Shown here piece by piece: positions 33,441-42,597 of a stretch of DNA of 43,115 nt (its first letter is position 1; each line of letters starts with the position of its first letter). The notes beneath the pieces are model-generated. The model had not been told where the DNA came from. It worked only from the letters and a program-made list of their open reading frames with translations, and made no database searches. The translations under genes were made by a program, and so were the position numbers. Source of the DNA: a virus; UHGV virus genome UHGV-0172426; one strand, given 5' to 3'.

Positions 33441-34791
33441 TTCCAAAGCGCTCCTTCCACACTTCTATTTCGATCTCTGCTTGTTCTGCGTTGCGCAGCA
33501 AATCCTTCCCCCACTTTTTAAGTAAGCCTTGTTTTTGCCGGTCGTCTTTCTCGCCCCATCCTGTATCATACTTGTCTGGATTTTGTACCTTCCGGGCGTG
33601 TTCTTCGACTTGTGCGGTGTGTGACGCAATAGATTTTTCAAGATTTTTCTGTCGTTTCTTTATCGCGTCTGTATAAACGCCTTTATTGCGTTCTCCGCTT
33701 TTCGCGGCAGAATATACCTTTTCCGTATCTACGTTGGTATAGCTTTGTATAATACTATTATACCGCAAAACCGTCTCAATCTCAACGGATTTTTGCTGCT
33801 TTTGCTTGCTGCGCACCCAGTCCTGATACGTCATGTCCTCAATCAGTACATTCTTCCCGGTCACAGGATCACGCGCCCGCCGCTTTCCCGTTCTCCCAAG
33901 TCCAGGGATAGCCGCAGCCATCGTGCAACGACAGTTATATACTTCGGCAGCCGGTCCGTTCGGATCGCCCGGAAACATACAGCCATTTGGAAACGGCTTG
34001 TCATTGTCCTGCTGCTCTCTATCCAACATAGCATGCGAATGTCTCGTGCGCCCGTCCAGCGTCGCAATCCATTCTTTTTTTAGCTCTATTCCCATCTTTT
34101 CCGCTGCCGTAAAGCTGTCCATGCGTCCGGCATTTTGTGCCCCGGTCACAGCAGTTCTGGCGGTTCGGATGGCGCTGTCACGACTCATGTCGGTGATTCT
34201 GCGCTGCAGATCATCCGCCATGCCTTTAATTCCTTTGCCCTGCAAAATGGAGCTGGTCACGCTAGCTGTAATCTGCTTTTTGCCCCATGCCAAATCAATG
34301 CCGCGCTTCAGGGCACGGTCAGGCGGATAATATGGCATCAGCTCCGGCTGATCCTTTATCAGCCGCTTTACCGTCTGCTCATCCCACAGGTCAAAGCTTA
34401 CACTGTCTGTCGCCTGTTCAATGGTATACGCAGCATAATTGCGATTCAGCCTGTAAATTCCTGGCGTGGCCTCATTGATGTATGCCCTCGCCACTTCGTT
34501 TGCCTCCGTGGCACGCCTGGCAACCTTATCGCGCATCGCCTCGAAGCGCTTCCCTCGCCCAATCTGTGCAAGCCTCCATTGCTTATAATCCTGTTCTGTC
34601 CACTCTTTGCCGTTCTGGATGGTTCCGATCAACGCCCGCATTTCTTTGTCGCGCTTTTCAAATTTTTTGAAGTATTCGTCGATGGTCTCTTGCAGCTCGT
34701 CTCCGGCCTCAGAATACAGTTTTGCGATGCGCTTTTCCAATGCTGCGAGTTCGCGGTCGGTCATCTGCTGTCCAAGATCAGGCGTTGCCAT
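33430..34791 (-). CDS. MuF / SPP1 gp7-like minor head protein with C-terminal extension
   Basis: RTARTAVT..QN, KEWIATLDGRTRHSH, FPGDP, YNCRC; about 120-aa basic C-terminal domain. Confidence 0.88.
   Translation of the reverse strand: MATPDLGQQMTDRELAALEKRIAKLYSEAGDELQETIDEYFKKFEKRDKEMRALIGTIQNGKEWTEQDYKQWRLAQIGRGKRFEAMRDKVARRATEANEVARAYINEATPGIYRLNRNYAAYTIEQATDSVSFDLWDEQTVKRLIKDQPELMPYYPPDRALKRGIDLAWGKKQITASVTSSILQGKGIKGMADDLQRRITDMSRDSAIRTARTAVTGAQNAGRMDSFTAAEKMGIELKKEWIATLDGRTRHSHAMLDREQQDNDKPFPNGCMFPGDPNGPAAEVYNCRCTMAAAIPGLGRTGKRRARDPVTGKNVLIEDMTYQDWVRSKQKQQKSVEIETVLRYNSIIQSYTNVDTEKVYSAAKSGERNKGVYTDAIKKRQKNLEKSIASHTAQVEEHARKVQNPDKYDTGWGEKDDRQKQGLLKKWGKDLLRNAEQAEIEIEVWKERFGNEQ
33757..33785 (-). 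promoter_or_regulatory. Internal sigmaA promoter at the MuF/C-terminal-domain junction
   Basis: TTGAGA-17-TATAAT. Confidence 0.68.
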
Positions 34792-36157
34792 TGTCAATCA
34801 CCTCTGGCGGTGCGTCTTCTCCTCCTAGGCTGCGGTCGATTTCTTCCGCCGCCTTGCGTTTCATCATGTCGTCATACTGATCGATGTCGCCGTTGATCGT
34901 CAGCAGCTTTTTGGTGATGTACTCTTCGTCATAATACTGCGCCCCCGTCAAGATCATCTGCGTCTCTTCAGTTTTGTTTATGATCTGGTTGCGTGTGTAG
35001 GACGGTGCATCATCAATTCCGGCAATTGCCAAAATTCCCTGGATAAATGTCGTAACCTGCGCCTCGAACTTGTCCACTTTCAGATCGAGCGGCACATAGC
35101 TGGCCTTGATCGCCGTCGCAGTCTGATTTCCTGCTGATACCGCCGACGAATCAAAGCATTGGAAATCCTCGTACAGCTTCTTTTTGAGCATGTCGATGGT
35201 GATATTTGTGCCTTCATACGGCGCTTCGATGGTATGTGCTTCTGCGCTCACGCCGTCGTCGCCGTTGGCGTGTGCAACATGCAGCGTTTTCAGTCGCTCG
35301 ATAAATTTTGCATCGTCCAGATCATCCATGCCGCCGCAGTTGGTCAGCACCCAATAGATCAGATTGCCCTCATCCACGTTGTTGACCATGTTACTGCTGG
35401 CCAAGTCCAGCGCATCTATGGTGTTGCGCTTCCCAACGATCTCAGACCTCCCACGCTCGTTATTTTTCAGCGGCACAATCGGAAATCCAGGGTAATTCTC
35501 GCCATCATAGATTTCTTCTCCGCCGATCTCGGAGCTGCGTATGATCTGTTTGTACGTCCGCTTCGGATGCAACACTTGCATGTCCTTGTTTTTCGGCTGG
35601 AAATAATCCGTGTAGCCGTCCAGCTCATACAGCGTCGCCCGCAGCGGCTTATCCAGCTCCACCTGCCACCAGCGAACGCCAGCTTTTAGTGCACCATCCT
35701 CTTCATCATAGAGCGGCACAAATTCGGAGAGATGGAAAATCTGAATGTGATCCAAGTCCCACATGCCAAACGCCACACCGCCGATGATGGCAGCGCGAGC
35801 AATGTGCAGAATATCTTGGTCAAACCCCTTGCCCAGCTTGTCTGACGTCGAATCCTGCTGGAATGTCACCCCATTTCCCAGCAAATAACTCGCCTCTTGG
35901 TCTACCGCCATACCGAAGAACCTGCTGGACAGCTTATGGTTTGCCGTGTACATATCCCGATGTGCCCGGCCTTGCAGGTCATAAATTACCTTCTCATAAT
36001 GGCTTATGGTTGGGTTCGTGCCGTAATAATATTCTTCTGCATCAATTGCCGTTCGATAAGCCTCGCTGCTTCTATGATCTTCGATTGCGGCGCGGATAAA
36101 TTCCATTCGATTCTGTTCGTCTTCGCCAACCTCCAGCAGATCCTGATACGTCTTAAT
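34778..36157 (-). CDS. Portal protein (SPP1/A118-like); start ATT 36157 or TTG 36163
   Basis: Follows TerL; SYLLGNGVTF, FPIVPLKNN, TATAIKASY. Confidence 0.88.
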   Translation of the reverse strand: MKTYQDLLEVGEDEQNRMEFIRAAIEDHRSSEAYRTAIDAEEYYYGTNPTISHYEKVIYDLQGRAHRDMYTANHKLSSRFFGMAVDQEASYLLGNGVTFQQDSTSDKLGKGFDQDILHIARAAIIGGVAFGMWDLDHIQIFHLSEFVPLYDEEDGALKAGVRWWQVELDKPLRATLYELDGYTDYFQPKNKDMQVLHPKRTYKQIIRSSEIGGEEIYDGENYPGFPIVPLKNNERGRSEIVGKRNTIDALDLASSNMVNNVDEGNLIYWVLTNCGGMDDLDDAKFIERLKTLHVAHANGDDGVSAEAHTIEAPYEGTNITIDMLKKKLYEDFQCFDSSAVSAGNQTATAIKASYVPLDLKVDKFEAQVTTFIQGILAIAGIDDAPSYTRNQIINKTEETQMILTGAQYYDEEYITKKLLTINGDIDQYDDMMKRKAAEEIDRSLGGEDAPPEVIDNGNA

Positions 36158-37400
36158 CGACAATCCCTCCCCTCGTCCAAAGCGGCGTATATGCCTTCTT
36201 GCCGACCTTTTCTCGGAGGACGGTGTATGCAAAATACCTCACCGCATCCATTGCGTGGTCGTTCTCTTTGATCGGTCTGTCCTCGTTGCTTTCTTCGTCC
36301 CACCGATAAAGTCCGAACTCTTTTATGGTGTTTTTGCACTCTTTGCAGACCTTAATCGTGCCATCCTGAAGATACCTCGAAGTCGTCATGATTCCAGGCA
36401 ACACATCGTTTTTCGCGTGCCGAACCAAGAATTTCTTATGCCTTCGCAGCGTCTCGATAAAGGACGCGGCAGAAGGGTCAACGATAAAAGACCGGATCGG
36501 AATATCTCCAATCCACCTTGCAACATCCTGATAATATTCTTCGTCCGTTTTCGACTGCTGTTTTTCGCGACCAGAATAGTAATACTCGCGCATCAGTGTT
36601 GCCGTTTTACCATCCCACCGCCAAAGCAGAGCAGCGAACGGGTTCAGCGTGCCGTAGTCGCATGAGACATAATATTCGGCCTTTCCGGCGCTTGCCGGCG
36701 GGGCATCCACTGTGCATTCGTCTCCAAACATCGGGTAAATCAGCCCCTCCGCCAGCACCCACAGGCCACGGATATAGCGATCATAAAAAACGCCCGAATA
36801 CATGGATTCATAGCGTTTCAATACCTTCTCGCTCAGTGCCGGATTATCTTTCATCTCGAAGTGTAGGTACAGCGCATCGTGCTCTTCCGCCCGCTTGATC
36901 CAGTTCAAATAAAACCAATGCTGTGGGCTGCCTGGGTTGCAGCTGAACCAGAGTTTCGATCCCTCGACGCTGCATCTGGCAAGCGCCTGATTGACGAATG
37001 ACTCCGGCATCAGTACGACCTCATCCATCAGCACTCCTGCCAGCGTGCGCCCCTGAATCAACATAAACGAGCTTTCATCGCGGCCGCCGAACACCTCAAA
37101 ATAGTTCGTCCGGCCTTCTTGAGTGACTTCGAGGATATGATCTGCCCGCCTCCATCGCAGGCTATAACATTCTTTTGCAAGCGTCATAGAAATAAAGGGC
37201 TGGACAATATTCTTTGATGCGCTGTCTACTGTCTTGCCGCAGATACCGAACCGCTGCCCGCTGAAGAACTCCATCGCCCAGGCCACGAATGCCCACATCA
37301 TGATGGAGGTCTTACCGGATCGGACAGCACCATCGCAAATCAGAGCGTCATAGTCGGAATAAGGGAATGCCAGAATCTCCCGCTGCTTACAGCTGATCAT
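36153..37400 (-). CDS. terL: Terminase large subunit, PBSX family
   Basis: DGAVRSGKT Walker A, LMDE Walker B, SCNP, CDYGTLNP, VDPSAASFI, NDHAMDAVRY. Confidence 0.95.
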   Translation of the reverse strand: MISCKQREILAFPYSDYDALICDGAVRSGKTSIMMWAFVAWAMEFFSGQRFGICGKTVDSASKNIVQPFISMTLAKECYSLRWRRADHILEVTQEGRTNYFEVFGGRDESSFMLIQGRTLAGVLMDEVVLMPESFVNQALARCSVEGSKLWFSCNPGSPQHWFYLNWIKRAEEHDALYLHFEMKDNPALSEKVLKRYESMYSGVFYDRYIRGLWVLAEGLIYPMFGDECTVDAPPASAGKAEYYVSCDYGTLNPFAALLWRWDGKTATLMREYYYSGREKQQSKTDEEYYQDVARWIGDIPIRSFIVDPSAASFIETLRRHKKFLVRHAKNDVLPGIMTTSRYLQDGTIKVCKECKNTIKEFGLYRWDEESNEDRPIKENDHAMDAVRYFAYTVLREKVGKKAYTPLWTRGGIVD

Positions 37401-37761
37401 CGCTTCTCAGCTCCTTTGCCAGCTCTCGCAGCGACGCACTCAGCGCATCATCCTTTACCGCATTGCCGGGCATATTCACGTCCACCTGGTCACGCTGTCC
37501 TAAGTACTGTTTGCCCAGCCAGATAGCCATCGTCGCACTCTTTTCTGCTAGTCTCCACTGGCTCCGACGAAGCGATATTTTCCCTAATCCGCGTTTTTGC
37601 TTGAAAACCTCGGAAAAACTTGCATGATAGGTACGTTTGCACCACGAATCAAGCGTTTTGTCCGTAACGCCAAACCATCCGCAAATCTCTTCCAGCGTGC
37701 ATTGCAGGCCGCAGAGGTTCTCGAACTGCTTTTTATCAATTTCCGCTCTCGGTCTGCCCAT
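37387..37761 (-). CDS. terS: Terminase small subunit (HTH)
   Basis: MGRPRAEID, CTLEEICGWFGV, SLRRSQ, MAIWLGKQYLGQRD; directly upstream of terL. Confidence 0.82.
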   Translation of the reverse strand: MGRPRAEIDKKQFENLCGLQCTLEEICGWFGVTDKTLDSWCKRTYHASFSEVFKQKRGLGKISLRRSQWRLAEKSATMAIWLGKQYLGQRDQVDVNMPGNAVKDDALSASLRELAKELRSDDQL

Positions 37762-37765
37762 TCTT

Positions 37766-38614
37766 TCACCCCTTCTTTTTCCATTTCTCATTTATTATTT
37801 TCGGCACACAATATTTCCATTCTACATTGTGGTGCATCCTCATATGAGACGATCCCATTTCAGCGACCTTCACGCAATCTGGCCTGCACATCACGCTGTA
37901 AAACGACTTCACATACGTCCCGTCTTGCTTATAGATGTCAGTTAGCCCGCCTGGGTTGTTTTGTGTTTGCACCTGCTGCACGTCTACATTTGTTACCGTA
38001 AACATCAGCTTCCCTATTCCGCCGAGCGACACATACATATTCGTGTCTTCATTGGTCAGCCCCATATACTCGAACGGCCTGTCAGTTCTCATGAACCATA
38101 CGTTCATGGCTTTTCGTGTTAGTCCTTTCTTGAAAAAACCATTAACGCCGCCTATGTAATCCCCGCCTTGAGCCATGCAAACGGTTATTGCTCCGGTCTC
38201 ATCCAGAAAATCACAAAACATTTTGGCAATATCGTCAAATCTTTTGATTCGCTTTTCTTTCAGTTTTCCGTTTTCGTCGTAACGAATTCCGAATAGCTTG
38301 TAATCGTCATCCAGCACGCAAAAGTGTTTCAGCCCCAAACTTTCCGCGATCTTCCAGCATTCGTTTCTGGCGAATACTACGGCATTTCGCTTTCTGCTAG
38401 GTGTCATCACATCTGTTCTTTTTGCGGCTTCTTTTTTGTTGAATTGTATAACTTTATCACCATATATTTCTTTGTATTTATCTTCTTGATCGTCCTCATC
38501 GTCGATTACGATATATATTTCTCCGCTGTACCCACATTGCCGCAACGTTTTTACCGTCAACACGTTTTCCGCGCGTCCATGAGTCAGGATCAACACCGCG
38601 AAATCACTCATCAT
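37766..38614 (-). CDS. GT-A glycosyltransferase, GREB1/TET-associated (TAGT)-like
   Basis: ILTHGRA, IVIDDED, ARN, LDDDY (DxD), NED, NPGG. Confidence 0.72.
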   Translation of the reverse strand: MMSDFAVLILTHGRAENVLTVKTLRQCGYSGEIYIVIDDEDDQEDKYKEIYGDKVIQFNKKEAAKRTDVMTPSRKRNAVVFARNECWKIAESLGLKHFCVLDDDYKLFGIRYDENGKLKEKRIKRFDDIAKMFCDFLDETGAITVCMAQGGDYIGGVNGFFKKGLTRKAMNVWFMRTDRPFEYMGLTNEDTNMYVSLGGIGKLMFTVTNVDVQQVQTQNNPGGLTDIYKQDGTYVKSFYSVMCRPDCVKVAEMGSSHMRMHHNVEWKYCVPKIINEKWKKKG

Positions 38615-39323
38615 CTCGCAACGCCTCTATTCCTTTTGATAGTCTGACGTATCCGTTTGCAATAGCATCGTTTACATCAATGATCACCAGTGCGGATTCC
38701 TCCATCAGATGCTGCATCTCCGCTGTGGCATGTGCATAATACTCTGCTATTGCCGTAAAATTGAACCGGCAATGACGATGAGCGGCGGAAATCAAAAATT
38801 CTTTTTCTTCGTCAGTAACGCTGCTTCGCTCTATTTCATCGATTAGCGTTTTTTCTTTGAAGCCGTCGTACATCTCTTCAAATCTGGGGAATTCTCCCTG
38901 AATCTGATACTGCGGAATATTAACGACCGTCGTATACGGATTGTCTGCCCCCGATTCATCTTTCCCGAAATTAAAGTCGAAATCGAATCCCGTCATATCT
39001 GCCTCTGTCAGCGCATCCTTCAAGACGTCCATGTCCCATGCACTTTCGTTGGCTTTATTATCGACAATTCTTAATGCATTCACCTGCTCCGGCGTCAGAT
39101 CATCCACACATACGCACGGAACCTCCGTCATGCCCAGCTTCTTCGCCGCCAGCACACGGCAATGACCGATGACGATGACGCCTTCGCTGTCAATTACCAC
39201 CGGCTGCACGAATCCATACTGCTTGATGCTCTCCGCGACGTTCGCAATCTGCGTTTTATCGTGCTTCTTCGCATTTTTATTGTACGGCGTAATGTCCGCA
39301 ATCTTCACGTTTTTGATGTTCAT
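38604..39323 (-). CDS. ParB/Srx N-terminal domain fused to a helical C-terminal domain
   Basis: PYNKNAKKH, SIKQYGFVQPVVID, GHCRVLAA, LRIVDNK; C-terminal AAHRHCRFNF..IAEYYAH..SALVIID. Confidence 0.82.
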   Translation of the reverse strand: MNIKNVKIADITPYNKNAKKHDKTQIANVAESIKQYGFVQPVVIDSEGVIVIGHCRVLAAKKLGMTEVPCVCVDDLTPEQVNALRIVDNKANESAWDMDVLKDALTEADMTGFDFDFNFGKDESGADNPYTTVVNIPQYQIQGEFPRFEEMYDGFKEKTLIDEIERSSVTDEEKEFLISAAHRHCRFNFTAIAEYYAHATAEMQHLMEESALVIIDVNDAIANGYVRLSKGIEALRDDE

Positions 39324-39450
39324 CCTATCACTCCGATCTGATTTTGTGCACGAAGAAAGCCACCCGCAAAATACGAGTGGCTTCTCCGCTTACACTTTGG
39401 AGGTTTCAACATGGCTTCTGGGTGTCCCCGACCGATCACCGTCATCCACA

Positions 39451-39510
39451 ATTATAGTGTGACACAAATTTACTGCAAAAAACTGCAAAGTTACTGCAAA
39501 GAACCGCAAA
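39451..39510 (-). promoter_or_regulatory. Late promoter with ArpU/RinA-type activator repeats
   Basis: ACTGCAAA (plus strand) at 39472, 39482, 39493 and ACCGCAAA at 39503; TATAAT at 39456-39451 without consensus -35. Confidence 0.72.
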
Positions 39511-39943
39511 GATACTCGATGCTTTCATCGCGCCAGTAAAATGCAGTTCGTTCAGAAATGTGCATCCGCATCGGGATTTGTGTTGATAGCCGCATCCCTC
39601 GCTTGTACCGTAGATCAAGCAGCGTCTGTCGGCTTTCTGGCAGCATCGATATAATAGCGTCCATCTTTTCTTTTTTTGCCATAATCTCGTTTATTTCTGC
39701 TGTCAACACAGCCACCCTTTGCAATGCGTCATCCTTCATCTGGATCGCCGCTGCGGTCGGATCACCTGCACCGTTTCCTTTTGGCGTGGCAGACAGCACC
39801 TGTGCCCGCAGCACGCAGTCTGCATCTTCAGCCTGTGCCATGAGCCGCCGAATCTCTGCCCGGCGGCGTTCGCAATCTTTTAGTGCTGTCCCCCATTGCC
39901 AGAGCATTGTATTCATCCGCTTGCGCTCTGCTTGATCTATCAT
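39491..39943 (-). CDS. ArpU/RinA-family late transcriptional activator
   Basis: GDPTAAAI, LPESRQTLLDLRY..MHISERTAFYWRD; last early gene before the packaging operon. Confidence 0.78.
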   Translation of the reverse strand: MIDQAERKRMNTMLWQWGTALKDCERRRAEIRRLMAQAEDADCVLRAQVLSATPKGNGAGDPTAAAIQMKDDALQRVAVLTAEINEIMAKKEKMDAIISMLPESRQTLLDLRYKRGMRLSTQIPMRMHISERTAFYWRDESIEYLCGSLQ

Positions 39944-39947
39944 CCGA

Positions 39948-40652
39948 TCACCTCCAGACGATCAGCTCCGCATATGGCAGCGTCTCAATCCACTCGCAAA
40001 ACGTGTGCCACTCTGCAAGCTTGTGATCCTTCCGCTGGCGGTATATCGTCGCCAGCACCTCGTAGTTGAGCATCAGCGTCCGTCGCTGGTTATACGACTG
40101 CGGTAGCAGCTGGATCATCTGCCACCAGTAGCGCTTGTCCTGAGTGCGCAGGTACTCACATCGCGCCTGGTTGAGCGCGTTAATCACAATGTCCAGCACA
40201 TCACGCTCAGTCTCTAGCAACTGCTCGGCGCTAAAATCCTCCGGCGCAAACTCCTTGGCTGCGATCTTGTGCATGGTCGAGCAGCTGTTGGACACAGTCC
40301 CGACCTTGTAGGTATCGTACTCAGTCCACCAGTACCGCGGTGCTGTGATCGTCACCCACACAGGCAACATCCGTCTGTACTTGGCGTGTTCGCTGCCCGC
40401 TGCGGCTAGACGCTTCATAAGATCATAATCCGATGCACCCATGCAAAATTCGGGGGTCTCAAAATCATCGTCTTCTCGCGGGCACCCTGTCGGCGGGAAC
40501 ATTGTGCAATCCTCAAATTTGCCGCTGGCAGGGCAGATGGTGCTATCCATCCGCCCCCAGCTGTTCATGGGATTCCGCATCCCCTCGATCACAATCTGCC
40601 ACTGCTCCGGTGATGGGAGCACGGTTTTGTCGATTTTAAGCATTTTTCTCAT
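39948..40652 (-). CDS. ThyX-like (flavin-dependent thymidylate synthase fold) protein
   Basis: GMRNPMNSW, HAKYRR, ITAPRYWWTEYDTY, SCSTMHKI, LLPQSY, QRKDHKLAEW. Confidence 0.58.
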   Translation of the reverse strand: MRKMLKIDKTVLPSPEQWQIVIEGMRNPMNSWGRMDSTICPASGKFEDCTMFPPTGCPREDDDFETPEFCMGASDYDLMKRLAAAGSEHAKYRRMLPVWVTITAPRYWWTEYDTYKVGTVSNSCSTMHKIAAKEFAPEDFSAEQLLETERDVLDIVINALNQARCEYLRTQDKRYWWQMIQLLPQSYNQRRTLMLNYEVLATIYRQRKDHKLAEWHTFCEWIETLPYAELIVWR

Positions 40653-40875
40653 CTCCGTTCAGGCGGTCGATCAGCCGCTCGTAGATATTCTGGATGGCAT
40701 CCTCACCGTCTGGATATTCGATTATATTTACTTGGTAGAGGATGACGTAACCCCGCACACCGTCGATGTCCGCGGCGATCTCCATTTCCGCGCCGCCTCC
40801 CCCGCGCCGAAGCTGAATGCTGCGGATGTATCGGCTGTTGTAAGCGCGCTTGCCGTCGTATGAGCTGATCATCAT
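40636..40875 (-). CDS. Hypothetical protein
   Basis: ATGA overlap with upstream gene. Confidence 0.58.
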   Translation of the reverse strand: MMISSYDGKRAYNSRYIRSIQLRRGGGGAEMEIAADIDGVRGYVILYQVNIIEYPDGEDAIQNIYERLIDRLNGDEKNA

Positions 40876-41102
40876 ACGTCTACCACGCTCCAATCCAACC
40901 TTTGGCCGCAATACGGGCATCTTTCCAATCCCCGTGCTCTCTGGTAATATCCATCATCGCAATCTTCATAAGCGTCGAAAGAGTTTCCGCATCTTGGGCA
41001 TTCCGACGGGTTCCATTTTTCTGTTACAACGCACATTGGGCGGTTGATATCTTCCATTGCTCGTGCGTAACCCCGCTGAAAATCCGACAAAGAATCCAGC
41101 AT
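40872..41102 (-). CDS. Zinc-ribbon protein
   Basis: CPRCG...CPYCGQRLDW; AAGGAGG RBS. Confidence 0.75.
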   Translation of the reverse strand: MLDSLSDFQRGYARAMEDINRPMCVVTEKWNPSECPRCGNSFDAYEDCDDGYYQRARGLERCPYCGQRLDWSVVDV

Positions 41103-41114
41103 GTTTATCCCTCC

Positions 41115-41495
41115 TTATGGCTTAACATCCACAGAAACCGGGAACTCGGTGTGGAAATGCAGCTCGTAATGATACGGGTCAGTGTGTGTGCCGGTGATAT
41201 CCTCGACAACATACATCGTGTAATCGTTAAGATAGATGTAATTTTTTTTGTAAGTTGTTGGACTAGTTTTAACAGTGACAACCAGCTCGTTGGTGCTGTT
41301 GTTCGAGATGTCCATATATCCCTCGGCGTACAGGATAATCAGGTCTGTGCGGGCGTTGTATACGGTAATGCGCCGCTCACACTCAAAATACTGTGCCTGT
41401 TGGGACATATTGTAATTAACCTTATCGGCTTCGGTGCATCCTGTCAGCACCATCACAAGGCATACGGCCAACGCCGCAATCAGTTTCTTTTTCAC
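41115..41495 (-). CDS. Phage lipoprotein
   Basis: Signal peptide II with lipobox LTGC; RRITVYNARTD. Confidence 0.8.
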   Translation of the reverse strand: MKKKLIAALAVCLVMVLTGCTEADKVNYNMSQQAQYFECERRITVYNARTDLIILYAEGYMDISNNSTNELVVTVKTSPTTYKKNYIYLNDYTMYVVEDITGTHTDPYHYELHFHTEFPVSVDVKP

Positions 41496-41683
41496 TTTTT
41501 CTCGTCCTCCCCAAACATCGCACCGATCTGCTCAGTAAGCTCCACCGCTCGCAGCGCCGCGAACAGGTGCTTGCGCGTCTCGTCCAGCCGTGTCAGCGCC
41601 TCGTCGTCCTGCCGCTCCTGTGCGTGGTGGGTGTTGGCCTCATTCTTTCGGATCAGCCGCCGAAGAAACTCAATCGTTGTCAT
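41492..41683 (-). CDS. Hypothetical protein
   Basis: GGGAGG RBS before ATG 41683. Confidence 0.58.
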   Translation of the reverse strand: MTTIEFLRRLIRKNEANTHHAQERQDDEALTRLDETRKHLFAALRAVELTEQIGAMFGEDEKK

Positions 41684-42032
41684 TGGTCTCGTCCTCCCAA
41701 AATCCTGCCTCGTCGTTGCTAAAATCCGCACCTACAATCCCGCCGTGCTTTGTCAGCACCTCGTCCACCAGTTTGACTGGCACATAACCGTATACTGTAT
41801 CACATGGCCGCTCTTCATCTTCTGCATAACCCATCAGCTCAGAATCTTCGTCGCTAGGATAACCTAGTTCAACTTTATCAAAATGGTCTACATCTGCTCT
41901 CGGAGAACAGTAATGATATTCACCAGCCTGCACCGACACCGTATACCCATCTGCGCACCTCACGCGCGGACGGACGATCTGCATGCCATTATGCTGCTTT
42001 CGATATTTTTGCAAAAATTCATTAATTGTCAT
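41670..42032 (-). CDS. Hypothetical protein
   Basis: GGAG RBS before MTINEFLQKY; CADGYTVSVQA..HYCSPR..VELGYPS..VYGYVP. Confidence 0.7.
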   Translation of the reverse strand: MTINEFLQKYRKQHNGMQIVRPRVRCADGYTVSVQAGEYHYCSPRADVDHFDKVELGYPSDEDSELMGYAEDEERPCDTVYGYVPVKLVDEVLTKHGGIVGADFSNDEAGFWEDETNDND

Positions 42033-42597
42033 GTTGCTCCTCCCTCGCCGCGTCGCTCTCCTTGAGCATCTGCGGCAACACCGCCTCTGCGTAAGCGCAC
42101 GCCGCCATGTACTGCACCTCGTAGATTGTGCCGCCGTGAACACTCTTGACGCGCGCCTTAAAGTCTTCCATCCCGCTAAACCAGCACCCGGCGCGGACAA
42201 ATATCGTTCCGTCCTTGTCGATGTAAAAGTAGGCCGTCCGATGGTCGCTGCCGATATTGCCGATCTGCACATACAGACCATCCTGCACACGCCCCGCTTC
42301 AAGCGTTGCACGCGCGTCAATGTACTCGCCCAGCTCGCAGCCGTCGCCCAGCTTGCACTCGTCGCCCAGCGTGCAGCACTTGCCCAGCTCGCACCAGTTG
42401 CCCAGCTCGCACCTGTTGCCCAGCTTGCACCTGTTGCCCAGCTTGCACCTGTTGCCCAGCTTGCACATGTAGACAAAGATTACCTTGTTCGCCGCACCAA
42501 AGTCAATCTCCGTGCAATCCGTGTATTCGGGTATGACCAGATAACCGTCCTCGTTGCGCTTCAGCTCGTCAAACTCCGCTTGTGTCATCTTACGCAT
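42022..42597 (-). CDS. Hexapeptide-repeat (left-handed beta-helix-like) protein
   Basis: C[KET]LG[NKDE]x repeated about 8 times (18-bp DNA repeat about 42327-42468); C-terminal IGS..RTAYF..VRAGCWF. Confidence 0.75.
   Translation of the reverse strand: MRKMTQAEFDELKRNEDGYLVIPEYTDCTEIDFGAANKVIFVYMCKLGNRCKLGNRCKLGNRCELGNWCELGKCCTLGDECKLGDGCELGEYIDARATLEAGRVQDGLYVQIGNIGSDHRTAYFYIDKDGTIFVRAGCWFSGMEDFKARVKSVHGGTIYEVQYMAACAYAEAVLPQMLKESDAAREEQHDN

Noticed and set aside
42327..42468. 18-bp tandem repeats as CRISPR array, or the SWATGA-repeat ORF 41670-42476
   Set aside because: No unique spacers and no cas genes; the repeats encode the CKLGNR hexapeptide in the RBS-supported frame, and SWATGA is an alternate-frame reading
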